NCBI GenBank assembly: GCA_964592695.1
Contig: CAZQFO010000002.1
Span: 1-41,721, forward strand
Direction: 5' to 3'
Length of the DNA stretch: 41,721 bases
Source of the DNA: an uncultured Candidatus Peribacteria bacterium
Lineage (GTDB): Bacteria; Patescibacteriota; Gracilibacteria; UBA4473
Numbering within the stretch: the stretch's first letter is position 1; every line of letters starts with the position of its first letter. The translations under genes were made by a program, and so were the position numbers. Of this stretch, positions 1 to 9,668 are shown one piece after another. The notes beneath the pieces were generated by a model that was given only the letters and a program-made list of their open reading frames with translations, did not search any database and had not been told where the DNA came from.

Positions 1-74
1 TCAGAATCTATAAAAAAGCAAATGATTTTATAAACACGCTCCTTTATCCTGAAATTTCGATTTTTAATTTTTGA

Positions 75-1409
<1,335 letters not shown>

Positions 1410-1663
1410 TTGTTTGATGTTTGTTGATGCAAGATGGAAGGGAGAGGAAGATTCGAGATTTGAGTCCGGTCTTCAATGCAAGGATGTGGAAATTGCTTGA
1501 AAATATTGGTTGTTTTAAACTAGATAACGCATCTAAAAGACCGGAGTCTATGGTGAAAGCAAAGAGTTGAGCTTGTGTGTTTTGTTTTTTGTTGAAAATC
1601 AGCTTGACAAAATCGAAAACATGGCCATATCAGGCTTATAATTACTTTTTAATTCTTTTAATT

Positions 1664-4003
1664 ATGTCACTTGAAGAATTGCAAACAGCTATGGATTCGT
1701 ATGTTCCTCCAAAAAAAATTAAGGGACCTCTTCGAACAAGAACATCCGACAAGGGAGGATCTATTGATCCCCGTACAGTATCTTATGGATCTCCAACAAT
1801 TCCTGAACATTGGGATTATAAGCCTTCTAGAGATGGAATTATGTATGATAAAAAGCATGAAAATCCTTTTGCAGGAAGGCTAGGATTTGAAACAACTTTA
1901 GGACCTGTTAAGGAAGAACATTTTCGAGATGATGGGACGGTGGATGAGTCGTTTAAACAGGATGTTAATGATTTTCAAAGTGGACACTATACTCCAGCAC
2001 CCGGTGATACTAAGGATGGATCGGATATGAATGACATGCAAGAAAAAGAAGTAGTAGTTGTGGATAAAATTGATAATTGGCGGTATCGAGAAGTGACTCG
2101 TCCTGTGGAATCAAAAAAAGGAGCTGTGATATCATTGTCTAAAGATTTAAAAGAAAGGGTAATGCGAAGAATTCAGGTTGAGAATACAGATGATATATTT
2201 TTGTGGGCAGATCGCGATAATACAATAAATGAGGCTGAATTTAGAGATCTTGCAAGAATGGTTGAGGAATATGAGAATGCGGGATTTAGAAGTGATGAAA
2301 TACAAGATTTAGTCCTTAATCAAAAATTGGAGAATTCTAATTCTGGGAAATTTCAAATGTTGTATTCAGGAGAAGCAGATCCTAGTCGAAAAATAGAAAG
2401 AGGAACTCTTTCATTTTCAGATGATAAAGACCAAAAGGAGGGAAAGTCGCTAAGAAATAAATATGGAAATAGAAACCTTCCTTTTGCGAAAGATGCAGAT
2501 AGAAACCCAATGTTATCTGGTTCAAGTAGACGTATTTCAGAGGAGAAAAAAGTTCGAGTGTTTGAAAATAAGTATTGGAGTTCAGAGGCAGAACGATTGG
2601 ATTTGATTTTGAAAGCGAAAAAGGAAAAAACACGAATTGCTGAAAGAGTTAAATGCTTGGAAGTGTTGTCTCTTTATTGTTTTGAGGATAAAAATGGAAG
2701 ATCTCTTTTGGATCGAGTTATGGCTGGGATAAATACAAATTCTAGTTGGTTCGTTGAGATTATAACAAGCAATGCATTTAGTTCAAAAGAAGCGATGGGA
2801 TATAGCAAGGAAATTCGAGAAGCTCAGTCAGAAATAGATAAATTATGCAAAGTATTGGATAAAATCCAAAATCTTGAAGGAGAAATTGATCCAGATCAAA
2901 CAATTCCAGGACTGTCTGTTTATTCAAAAGACAGGGTAGTTTCAGATCGTCGAAAAGATAATACGCTGAGATTGATCGAGCATAAACATCGAAGAAGCGA
3001 GCGAAAATTAGCTAAGAAAATTCGAAATGATATTATGTGGAGTGTGTTTGATGGAGATGCTGGTAAAGAGGTTGTGTATACAAGCATATTGGATGAGTAT
3101 ATGGCAGATGAGATGATGGAGGAAGTTCCTCATCCTACGATGACCAAAGAGGAGGCAGAATATTATGAAGGATTGGAGGAGCAGGAGAATCAAAGATTTC
3201 AGTACATTTTTGAGGATCAAAGTTTAGAATTAGATGATCATTTCAATCTTGGGGGATCTGTTCAAGAGTATGTAGATGGTTTTTCGCGATGTGATAATTA
3301 TTGGAATTATGATGATTATGATTATTGGGGTGAAGAGTATTGGGAAGATGATCGTGATGAGGGATGTCATGATTACAAGGATTATGATGCTTATGAATAT
3401 TGGGATGATGGTGATCATGATAGTATGAAGACATCAAGCCAGTATTCAGGAGAAACTATGCCAAATTGGAAACAAGCATATGGTGAAGATGAATCTAAAA
3501 GTCCTTTTTCTTACCGTATAAATGAGCGTGTAAATACGACAAAACGCAAAGATAAAAGAGTCTCGATTCCAGTAAGAAGAGCTCGAAAATTAGCCGAATT
3601 GAATACATTTGACGGGAATAATGGGAGAGATAGTGTGTACCTGGCAGAAGAGAAGGAAGCAAGTATGGAGCATCCTACAATGACTGAAACGGAGGCAGTA
3701 TATTATGAAAAATTAGCCGAAAAAGAGGCTAGAGACTTTTATAGGAAAGAGGAGGAGAAAGATAAAAAGAGAGAGAATGAGGAATATTATATTAGAAAAT
3801 TATTTGAAGATGGAGGAACTATGGATGACTATGTCGATGATTATGAAGTAGATTCTTTTTATGCTCTACAAGAATGTCAATATCAAAAAAAGGTAGATGA
3901 ATGTCAGAATCCTCATGATGGCAAAATGGAAGAGCGCCTACTACAAAGGAGGGCTATTCAAAACTTCATGGATAATGTAATGGAAAATCCTCTCACAAGA
4001 TAG
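1664..4003 (+). CDS. Hypothetical acidic protein with internal repeats and a D/Y/W-rich low-complexity segment
   Basis: Uninterrupted ORF of about 780 aa in AT-rich DNA. The ORF track starts at GTG 1577, but the first 29 codons look non-coding and ATG 1664 (MSLEELQ) is the more plausible start. No recognisable domain. A terminator follows at 4041-4067. Confidence 0.75.
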   Translation: MSLEELQTAMDSYVPPKKIKGPLRTRTSDKGGSIDPRTVSYGSPTIPEHWDYKPSRDGIMYDKKHENPFAGRLGFETTLGPVKEEHFRDDGTVDESFKQDVNDFQSGHYTPAPGDTKDGSDMNDMQEKEVVVVDKIDNWRYREVTRPVESKKGAVISLSKDLKERVMRRIQVENTDDIFLWADRDNTINEAEFRDLARMVEEYENAGFRSDEIQDLVLNQKLENSNSGKFQMLYSGEADPSRKIERGTLSFSDDKDQKEGKSLRNKYGNRNLPFAKDADRNPMLSGSSRRISEEKKVRVFENKYWSSEAERLDLILKAKKEKTRIAERVKCLEVLSLYCFEDKNGRSLLDRVMAGINTNSSWFVEIITSNAFSSKEAMGYSKEIREAQSEIDKLCKVLDKIQNLEGEIDPDQTIPGLSVYSKDRVVSDRRKDNTLRLIEHKHRRSERKLAKKIRNDIMWSVFDGDAGKEVVYTSILDEYMADEMMEEVPHPTMTKEEAEYYEGLEEQENQRFQYIFEDQSLELDDHFNLGGSVQEYVDGFSRCDNYWNYDDYDYWGEEYWEDDRDEGCHDYKDYDAYEYWDDGDHDSMKTSSQYSGETMPNWKQAYGEDESKSPFSYRINERVNTTKRKDKRVSIPVRRARKLAELNTFDGNNGRDSVYLAEEKEASMEHPTMTETEAVYYEKLAEKEARDFYRKEEEKDKKRENEEYYIRKLFEDGGTMDDYVDDYEVDSFYALQECQYQKKVDECQNPHDGKMEERLLQRRAIQNFMDNVMENPLTR

Positions 4004-4040
4004 GGTGGCATAGCTGTATGAAATAAATTAAGTAAAAAAT

Positions 4041-4067
4041 GCGAAATCTTTTGATTTCGCTTTTTTT
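4041..4067 (+). terminator. Rho-independent terminator after the 808-aa ORF
   Basis: gcgaaatc-tttt-gatttcgc perfect 8-bp hairpin (4041-4060) followed by a T7 run (4061-4067). Confidence 0.85.
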
Positions 4068-4076
4068 GTTTGTGTA

Positions 4077-4258
4077 GGGATCTCTATCCGGCTCTGCATA
4101 TTTGTTTTTTATATTGTGGTAGAGGTTCGCCACCTTTCTCTTAACTTTAAGAGAAAGGTTTTGATGTTTGAATTATATGGAAACCTCTCTTGTTTTTTTA
4201 AGAGAGGTAGTGAAGAGCTTATGCGATAATTACTCATGTATGAAGAGCTGGAGAGATT
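4077..4258. repeat. Structured repeat copy A, upstream of the DUF559 gene
   Basis: Direct repeat of 4674-4839. Shared blocks: atctctatccggctctgc, ttcgccacctttctctta...aagagaaaggtttt, aacctctctt...aagagaggt, and ...gagc.ggagagatt. Contains two pyrimidine/purine-arm hairpins. Confidence 0.85.
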
Positions 4259-4319
4259 CTTTTTGCAGATATTTTTTGTTTCGCTTATTCTATTAGACAT
4301 GAACAGAGAAGGAATAAAA

Positions 4320-4661
4320 ATGACAGTTCGCGCTCTTCGCAGAAATCAAACTCAAGCCGAGAAAAAATTGTGGGAGCTTTTGCGAAGAAAACAACTGCTT
4401 GGTAAGAAATTTTACAGACAGTATCCGGTGATTTTCAAACAGGAAAAAATTGTCCGCTTTTTTGTAGCGGATTTTTATTGTCGAGAAATCAAATTAGTAG
4501 TTGAAATTGATGGAAAAATTCATGAAGATCAAAAAGAGTATGATGAGATTCGAACGTATATTATGAATGTTTTGGGGATAACTGTTATTCGATTTTCAAA
4601 TAAGGAAGTGCTGGAGCAATCTGATAAAGTTCTAGAAAAGATAAAAACATGTTTTTTGTGA
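4320..4661 (+). CDS. DUF559 / Vsr-like endonuclease-domain protein
   Basis: RALRRNQTQAEKKLWELLR..., FYRQYP..., FVADFYC...LVVEIDG..H, and IRFSNKEV are the typical DUF559 (restriction-endonuclease-like fold) pattern. The ORF track starts at 4236 inside repeat A; ATG 4320 (MTVRAL) or ATG 4299 is more likely. Confidence 0.85.
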   Translation: MTVRALRRNQTQAEKKLWELLRRKQLLGKKFYRQYPVIFKQEKIVRFFVADFYCREIKLVVEIDGKIHEDQKEYDEIRTYIMNVLGITVIRFSNKEVLEQSDKVLEKIKTCFL

Positions 4662-4673
4662 GTGTTTTATTCC

Positions 4674-4839
4674 GGAATCTCTATCCGGCTCTGCGTATTT
4701 AGTTTCCTATTATGTCAGTGATTCGCCACCTTTCTCTTAATACCAAGAGAAAGGTTTTCATATTCGAAAACCTCTCTTTTAAGAGAGGTCGCGAATAGCT
4801 TGCTTTGTAGTTTATTTAACTTGCAGAGCGGGAGAGATT
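4674..4839. repeat. Structured repeat copy B, downstream of the DUF559 gene
   Basis: Direct repeat of 4077-4258. The 5' arm aatctctatccggctctgc pairs with the 3' arm gcagagcgggagagatt and encloses two hairpins (cctttctctt/aagagaaagg and cctctct/agagagg). The hairpins are followed by U-runs on both strands, so they could also act as bidirectional terminators. Confidence 0.85.
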
Positions 4840-4845
4840 TATTTT

Positions 4846-6969
4846 TTAATTCAACTTCTTCAAATCATTCAATCCTTTCATCGTCAACTTCGCTCGTCCC
4901 ATATTATCAATCCCAATCAGTTTGACTGTTATCTTTTGCCCTTCTTTTAAGTAATCTGTTACTTTGTCCACTCTGGCATCAGTGATTTCAGAGATGTGTA
5001 CTAAAGCTTCTTTCTTCGGCAGATATTCTACAAACGCCCCGAAGTCCATGATGTTTTTTACGATTGCATCTTCAAACACATCTCCAACCTGTGGTTTGTA
5101 AGCAATATTTTGAATGATTTTCTTTACTTTAAGTCCGTTTTCTTGATTGCTTGCAGTTACCATCACTAGTCCATCATCTTCCAAATCGATCGATACATCG
5201 TAATCAGCACAGAGCCCTTGAATAGTTTCTCCGCCTTTTCCGATTACTTCTCGGATGTATTCCGGATCAATGTAAAATGAATCAATTCTTGGAGCATGCT
5301 GGTTCATTTCTTTTCGTGGTTCTGGGATCACAGCTTTCATATCTTTGAGCAATGACTGTCGAGCTACTTGAGCTTTCTCAAGCGCTTGTTTCAATAGATT
5401 TAAGTCTAATCCTTTTACTTTGATATCCATTTGCAATGCGGTAATACCTTCTTCATCACCTGCTACTTTAAAATCCATGTCTCCATCGAAATCTTCAAAT
5501 CCTTGGATATCAGTTAAAATCTCATATTTGCCATCATCTTTCATAAGTAGTCCCATGGCGATTCCTGCAATAGCTCTTTTGATGGGGACTCCGGCATCCA
5601 TCAAACACAATGTTGACCCACAAACAGAAGCCATCGATGATGATCCATTACATGACAAAATTTCTGATACCACTCGCATAGTGTAGGCAAAGTTATCTTT
5701 TGTGTCTGGAATCATTGGCAATAGGGCTCTTTCTGCCAGAGCGCCATGTCCGATTTCTCGTCGATTTGTTCCACGCATCGGTTTTACCTCCCCTACTGAA
5801 TACGGAGGAAAATTGTAGTGATGGATATAAGTTTTTTTGTACTCGGCTTTGTGAGGCGTGTCAATCAACTTCGCATCTCCAGGACCAGCCAATGTAGCAA
5901 CTGATAGAGCCTGGGTTTCACCTCTTTGGAAAAGTGCAGACCCATGAAGCCTAGGAAGGACTCCTACTTCTACAGTGATAGGACGGATCTCATCTACGGC
6001 TCGACCATCGAGTCTTTTCCCCGTTTCAAAAACTCGTTTTCGCATGCTCTGAGCAATTGCTTTGCCGAGTTCTCCTTTGAGTTTACCTGCATTCAGTGTT
6101 CCTTCTTCGATCTCTGCTTCACAGGCTTCGATTAATTTGTCTTCCAGTGCATGAGTTTTGTCTTTTACATCATGTTTAAGTCCTGCTACATTATCGAGTT
6201 CTGCTTCTGAAATATGTTTAGAAACCGCTTCTTTTTCTGCTTCGGCTTCTTCTTTAAACATTGGTTCTTTTGGTTCTATAGAATGTTGAGTAGCAAACTC
6301 TTTCTGAGCCTTACAGATCTTTTTAATTTCTTTGTGTGCAAATTCAAGAGCAGCAAGCATTTCTTCGTTTGATACCAATTGTGCTCCTGCCTCCACCATC
6401 ATGATAGCATCTTCTGTTCCTGCTACGATCAGATTTAGTTTTCCATTTTCAGCTTCATCATAACTAGGTTCGATGATAAATGAACCATCTTCTTTCATTC
6501 CCACTTGTACTCCGGCAATTGGAGCCTCGATTGGAATCCCGGAAATTTGAAGAGCCATAGAGGCTGCACACATCGCCACGGAAACAGCTGATCTTTTTTC
6601 ATCAGTTTGTAGCATAGTACAGATTACCTGTACATCGTTTTTCATTCCCTTAGGAAAAAGTGGTCGTAATGGACGATCAATAAGTCGTGAATTTAAAACA
6701 GAAGTATCTGAAGGTCGACCTTCTCGTTTTACAAAACGAGAACCTTTCATTTTTCCGGCAGCATAGAATTTTTCTTCAAAATCTACCATTAATGGAAAGA
6801 AGTCGATCCCTTCTCTCGGATTTGGAGCCATTCCTACGGTGGCCAAAATAGCAATATTGCCATGTGTTGCAAAAACGGCACCTTGTGCCTGTTGAGCCAT
6901 TCGGCCAGTTTCAAAAGTCATTTCTTCTCCTCCGAAATCAACGGAAAATTTTTTTACATCTTTTGTCAT
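4846..6969 (-). CDS. pnp: Polyribonucleotide nucleotidyltransferase (PNPase)
   Basis: 707 aa. Two RNase PH-like domains, a KH domain (GKGGETIQ) and a C-terminal S1 domain. Conserved position downstream of rpsO. Confidence 0.97.
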   Translation of the reverse strand: MTKDVKKFSVDFGGEEMTFETGRMAQQAQGAVFATHGNIAILATVGMAPNPREGIDFFPLMVDFEEKFYAAGKMKGSRFVKREGRPSDTSVLNSRLIDRPLRPLFPKGMKNDVQVICTMLQTDEKRSAVSVAMCAASMALQISGIPIEAPIAGVQVGMKEDGSFIIEPSYDEAENGKLNLIVAGTEDAIMMVEAGAQLVSNEEMLAALEFAHKEIKKICKAQKEFATQHSIEPKEPMFKEEAEAEKEAVSKHISEAELDNVAGLKHDVKDKTHALEDKLIEACEAEIEEGTLNAGKLKGELGKAIAQSMRKRVFETGKRLDGRAVDEIRPITVEVGVLPRLHGSALFQRGETQALSVATLAGPGDAKLIDTPHKAEYKKTYIHHYNFPPYSVGEVKPMRGTNRREIGHGALAERALLPMIPDTKDNFAYTMRVVSEILSCNGSSSMASVCGSTLCLMDAGVPIKRAIAGIAMGLLMKDDGKYEILTDIQGFEDFDGDMDFKVAGDEEGITALQMDIKVKGLDLNLLKQALEKAQVARQSLLKDMKAVIPEPRKEMNQHAPRIDSFYIDPEYIREVIGKGGETIQGLCADYDVSIDLEDDGLVMVTASNQENGLKVKKIIQNIAYKPQVGDVFEDAIVKNIMDFGAFVEYLPKKEALVHISEITDARVDKVTDYLKEGQKITVKLIGIDNMGRAKLTMKGLNDLKKLN

Positions 6970-7207
6970 AATATAAGGGGGATAAAATAATAATTATCGA
7001 TTTTCATTTACCAATTATTATTTAATTGTCAATGCTTCAATTTTCAAACGGACAAAAAAAATGAGCAGTTTGATAATTTGGCAATTGTAAATTCAATGTA
7101 AATTGATTACTGAAAATTGTTGGGAATACTTTTTTTAAAGCATTCTCGATATTGATATTCCCCGTAAATTGAATAGATCGGAACAACGCTTAGGAATTCT
7201 TCTAGAC

Positions 7208-7237
7208 AAAAGAAAAACGCCCGGTCTTGCTCCGAGC
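7208..7237 (-). terminator. rpsO terminator/attenuator ahead of the pnp leader
   Basis: On the minus strand, GCUCGG-AGCAAGA-CCGGGC followed by UUUUUCUUUU, starting 8 nt after the rpsO stop. Same layout as the known rpsO-pnp arrangement. Confidence 0.7.
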
Positions 7238-7244
7238 AATTTAC

Positions 7245-7508
7245 TTATTTACGGATACCTAAATCTTTTGTTACTTTTGTGTACTGATGAGCATCATTTA
7301 GTTGGAGATGTTTTAGCTGTCGTCTTCGAGCTCCTACCATCCCCAAAAGTCCTCGTCTGGAGTGTGTATCTTTTGGATGCTTTTTGAGATGGTCAGAAAG
7401 AGAGTTAATCTTTTCTGTTAAAATTGCCACTTGCACCTGAGATGACCCTGTATCTTTTCCATGCGTCTGGAACTTTTTGATAGCCGCTTTTTTCTGCTCT
7501 TTTTTCAT
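7245..7508 (-). CDS. rpsO: 30S ribosomal protein S15
   Basis: 87 aa; GKDTGSSQVQVAILTEKINSLSDHLKKHPKDTHSRRGLL is the canonical S15 sequence. Confidence 0.97.
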   Translation of the reverse strand: MKKEQKKAAIKKFQTHGKDTGSSQVQVAILTEKINSLSDHLKKHPKDTHSRRGLLGMVGARRRQLKHLQLNDAHQYTKVTKDLGIRK

Positions 7509-7548
7509 AATGGTTTGAGGTTACTAAGTACTTCAATCAATGGAGATC

Positions 7549-8184
7549 TTAGTCATATTCAGATTCTTCGTCAATATTTTCTGCTATAAATTTCATAATC
7601 CACTCCGTGGGGATGGCATATGAACGGTTTAAGGTAGTATCTCCACCAACAATCATTCCCCAAGTTTTACCACTTTTATCAAAGATAGGAAGACCAGAGC
7701 TCCCGTAGGTAACTACTCCGGAAAATGTTAATAGATTCTTTTTCGTTTCATTTCCAATTTTTAGTTCCGTATCTTGTGAAATTATTGATCCGGAATGGAG
7801 TTGGCTTTCCTGGTTCCAAAATATTTCCATATTTGCTGTTGGGAGTGTTTTTGATAGTTGTAAAAAATTTTGACTGATTGGGGTTTGAAGTGAAAAAACC
7901 AGGAGATCATGTTCAAAGTCTCGTGCGAGGATGATGATTTCTTGTTCTTCTATGAATAAATCATCTTTATCATCAAGGATATGATCGGTGGTGACAAAAA
8001 TGGTTGGGCGAATTTGGATGGCATTTCCTATGCTTACTCCAGAAGTGTTCTGAAGTTTTATGTGGGCAGGTGGGTTTACTTGGTTAGGTTCAATATTTTT
8101 TGTGGGGTCGTGGAAACATCCGCATAAGAGGGCAGAGGAGAGAATAAATGTCTTTTTTATGTTGATAAATGACATAGTTATCAT
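7549..8184 (-). CDS. Trypsin-like serine peptidase, putative lipoprotein
   Basis: N-terminal signal with an LCGC lipobox-like site. Catalytic-triad-like motifs TTDHIL (His), DLLVFSL (Asp) and YGSSGLPIF (GxSG Ser). Confidence 0.6.
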   Translation of the reverse strand: MITMSFINIKKTFILSSALLCGCFHDPTKNIEPNQVNPPAHIKLQNTSGVSIGNAIQIRPTIFVTTDHILDDKDDLFIEEQEIIILARDFEHDLLVFSLQTPISQNFLQLSKTLPTANMEIFWNQESQLHSGSIISQDTELKIGNETKKNLLTFSGVVTYGSSGLPIFDKSGKTWGMIVGGDTTLNRSYAIPTEWIMKFIAENIDEESEYD

Positions 8185-8533
8185 GATTTTGCGAATAAAG
8201 CGTGTAAATTATCATTTATCGTTTATCATTTATCAATTAATAATACCGAAATTTATGTTTGGTGTGGAGTGATTGGGATTTTTTTCTGATTTTTTTCCTG
8301 ATGTAATTACTCCAATCCCGTACCATGAAAACAACAAGTAAATGCTGTAAATTGGCTCTATAAAAAAGATATGCTAAAATAATAGATCTTCGCCAAGATG
8401 CGATTTTCATTGGACTCCTTGGCTGATAAATCAGCCTTCGTCGTCCATGAAAATCGCAAAAACTACAACTTTAGTTTTTTTTACTGATACGTCATTGGGG
8501 AGTAATTACTTCCTGATTACTTCCTGATTCGGC

Positions 8534-8562
8534 TTGACATTACCACTTCCTTGTGATATATA
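8534..8562 (+). promoter_or_regulatory. Near-consensus sigma70-type promoter for the 246-aa ORF / GHKL gene pair
   Basis: TTGACA (8534-8539), 17-nt spacer ending in TGa, then TATATA (8557-8562). Lies about 100 nt upstream of ATG 8663. Confidence 0.55.
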
Positions 8563-8662
8563 CATTTTAGTTTTAATTCCTCTCAATCTAAAACATAACT
8601 ATCATGCCTTTTGTGGTCAAATCTAATCAAATGGTCATTATTTCGCTTCTAGCACCTAAATT

Positions 8663-9403
8663 ATGAAAAAAGCAAAAAACTTCGCACCAAATAAGGTTAT
8701 AAACCTTAAAGAAAGCCATCAATTACTTGCAGATGTAATGCGAGGTGATGGTGTTGATTTGTATAAACAAAATCCCCATACATATAGAGCGGATATCGTT
8801 ACAACAAAGTCAAGTATTGATTCTGTACTACGAGAGCATTTTGGCAGAAGATTCGATGAGTTAGATTCTCTTTCTCTACAAGAGCTTCAAGATATTCGCA
8901 CATCATTTTTACAGCACTATAAAAAATCCTGTGAAGGCAGTGAAACACTGAAGAAATGGACTCCTCTTAATCAATTAGTTGGATACACTGAAACACTGGT
9001 TGCGAGTGCTTACATGCAATTAAACGCTCAAATAGACAGGGATCTTTCCCGACAAGATGATTCTTCAACCTCAAAAACACCTTTGGAGCATACTCGAATA
9101 CAGATTTTGAATGCCCTGAAAAAGGGAAATCAAGGGAAATCAGATGATGAAATTCAAAAGGAGGTTACCGATTGTGTTACAAAGACCGGAAGAACGTTTG
9201 ATAGAAGCCTGTTTGATCAGTGGAGAACTCTATTCGAGCAGATTAATACCCCTTTACAAGAAAACTACGCAGAACATATGCAGTTTATGAATGTCAATGA
9301 ACAAATTCGAGATCTACGCTTTCGAGAACAAAAACAATCAGAATTAGTATCCTCCCAAAATTTCAGTGTAACGCCTTCACATGAAATGCGGGAAACTGCA
9401 TAA
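8663..9403 (+). CDS. Hypothetical protein (246 aa), upstream partner of the GHKL giant
   Basis: Clean ORF with no recognisable motif. Ends 7 nt before the ATG at 9411 that is in frame with the GHKL gene. Confidence 0.65.
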   Translation: MKKAKNFAPNKVINLKESHQLLADVMRGDGVDLYKQNPHTYRADIVTTKSSIDSVLREHFGRRFDELDSLSLQELQDIRTSFLQHYKKSCEGSETLKKWTPLNQLVGYTETLVASAYMQLNAQIDRDLSRQDDSSTSKTPLEHTRIQILNALKKGNQGKSDDEIQKEVTDCVTKTGRTFDRSLFDQWRTLFEQINTPLQENYAEHMQFMNVNEQIRDLRFREQKQSELVSSQNFSVTPSHEMRETA

Positions 9404-9668
9404 ACACTGGATGAAGAAATTGGATTTTTAGGATTTACATTGGAATTTTGGGAGGATACCAGAATTATTACAAAATCTTGTAGGAACAGCCAAAAGAAAT
9501 TGGAAACCGGATGATTTAGAACATGACATTCACTCGCAATCCGCTGAAGCTAATAGATCTGTTGTAGAACTGATTTGTAATAGTATTGATGCTAATCCAG
9601 ATGAAAATAATAGAGTTGATGTAAATATCCACGAAAGTGGGTATAGCGTTCAGGATTATGGAGGTGGA

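Noticed and set aside
1463-1549. 9-bp inverted repeat (tccggtctt / aagaccgga) after obg as a terminator or ncRNA
   Set aside because: The stem is short, the loop is about 60 nt, and no U-run follows. This is compatible with chance.
3230-3437. Two minus-strand ORFs rich in I/H/N/P
   Set aside because: They are antisense shadows of the D/Y/W-rich repeat tract (gat/tat/tgg codons) of the 808-aa gene.
9423-9520. Programmed -1 frameshift on GAT TTT TAG to bypass the TAG in front of the GHKL gene
   Set aside because: Slipping back on the T-run enters a frame that runs into a TGA about 30 codons later. It never rejoins the GHKL frame.
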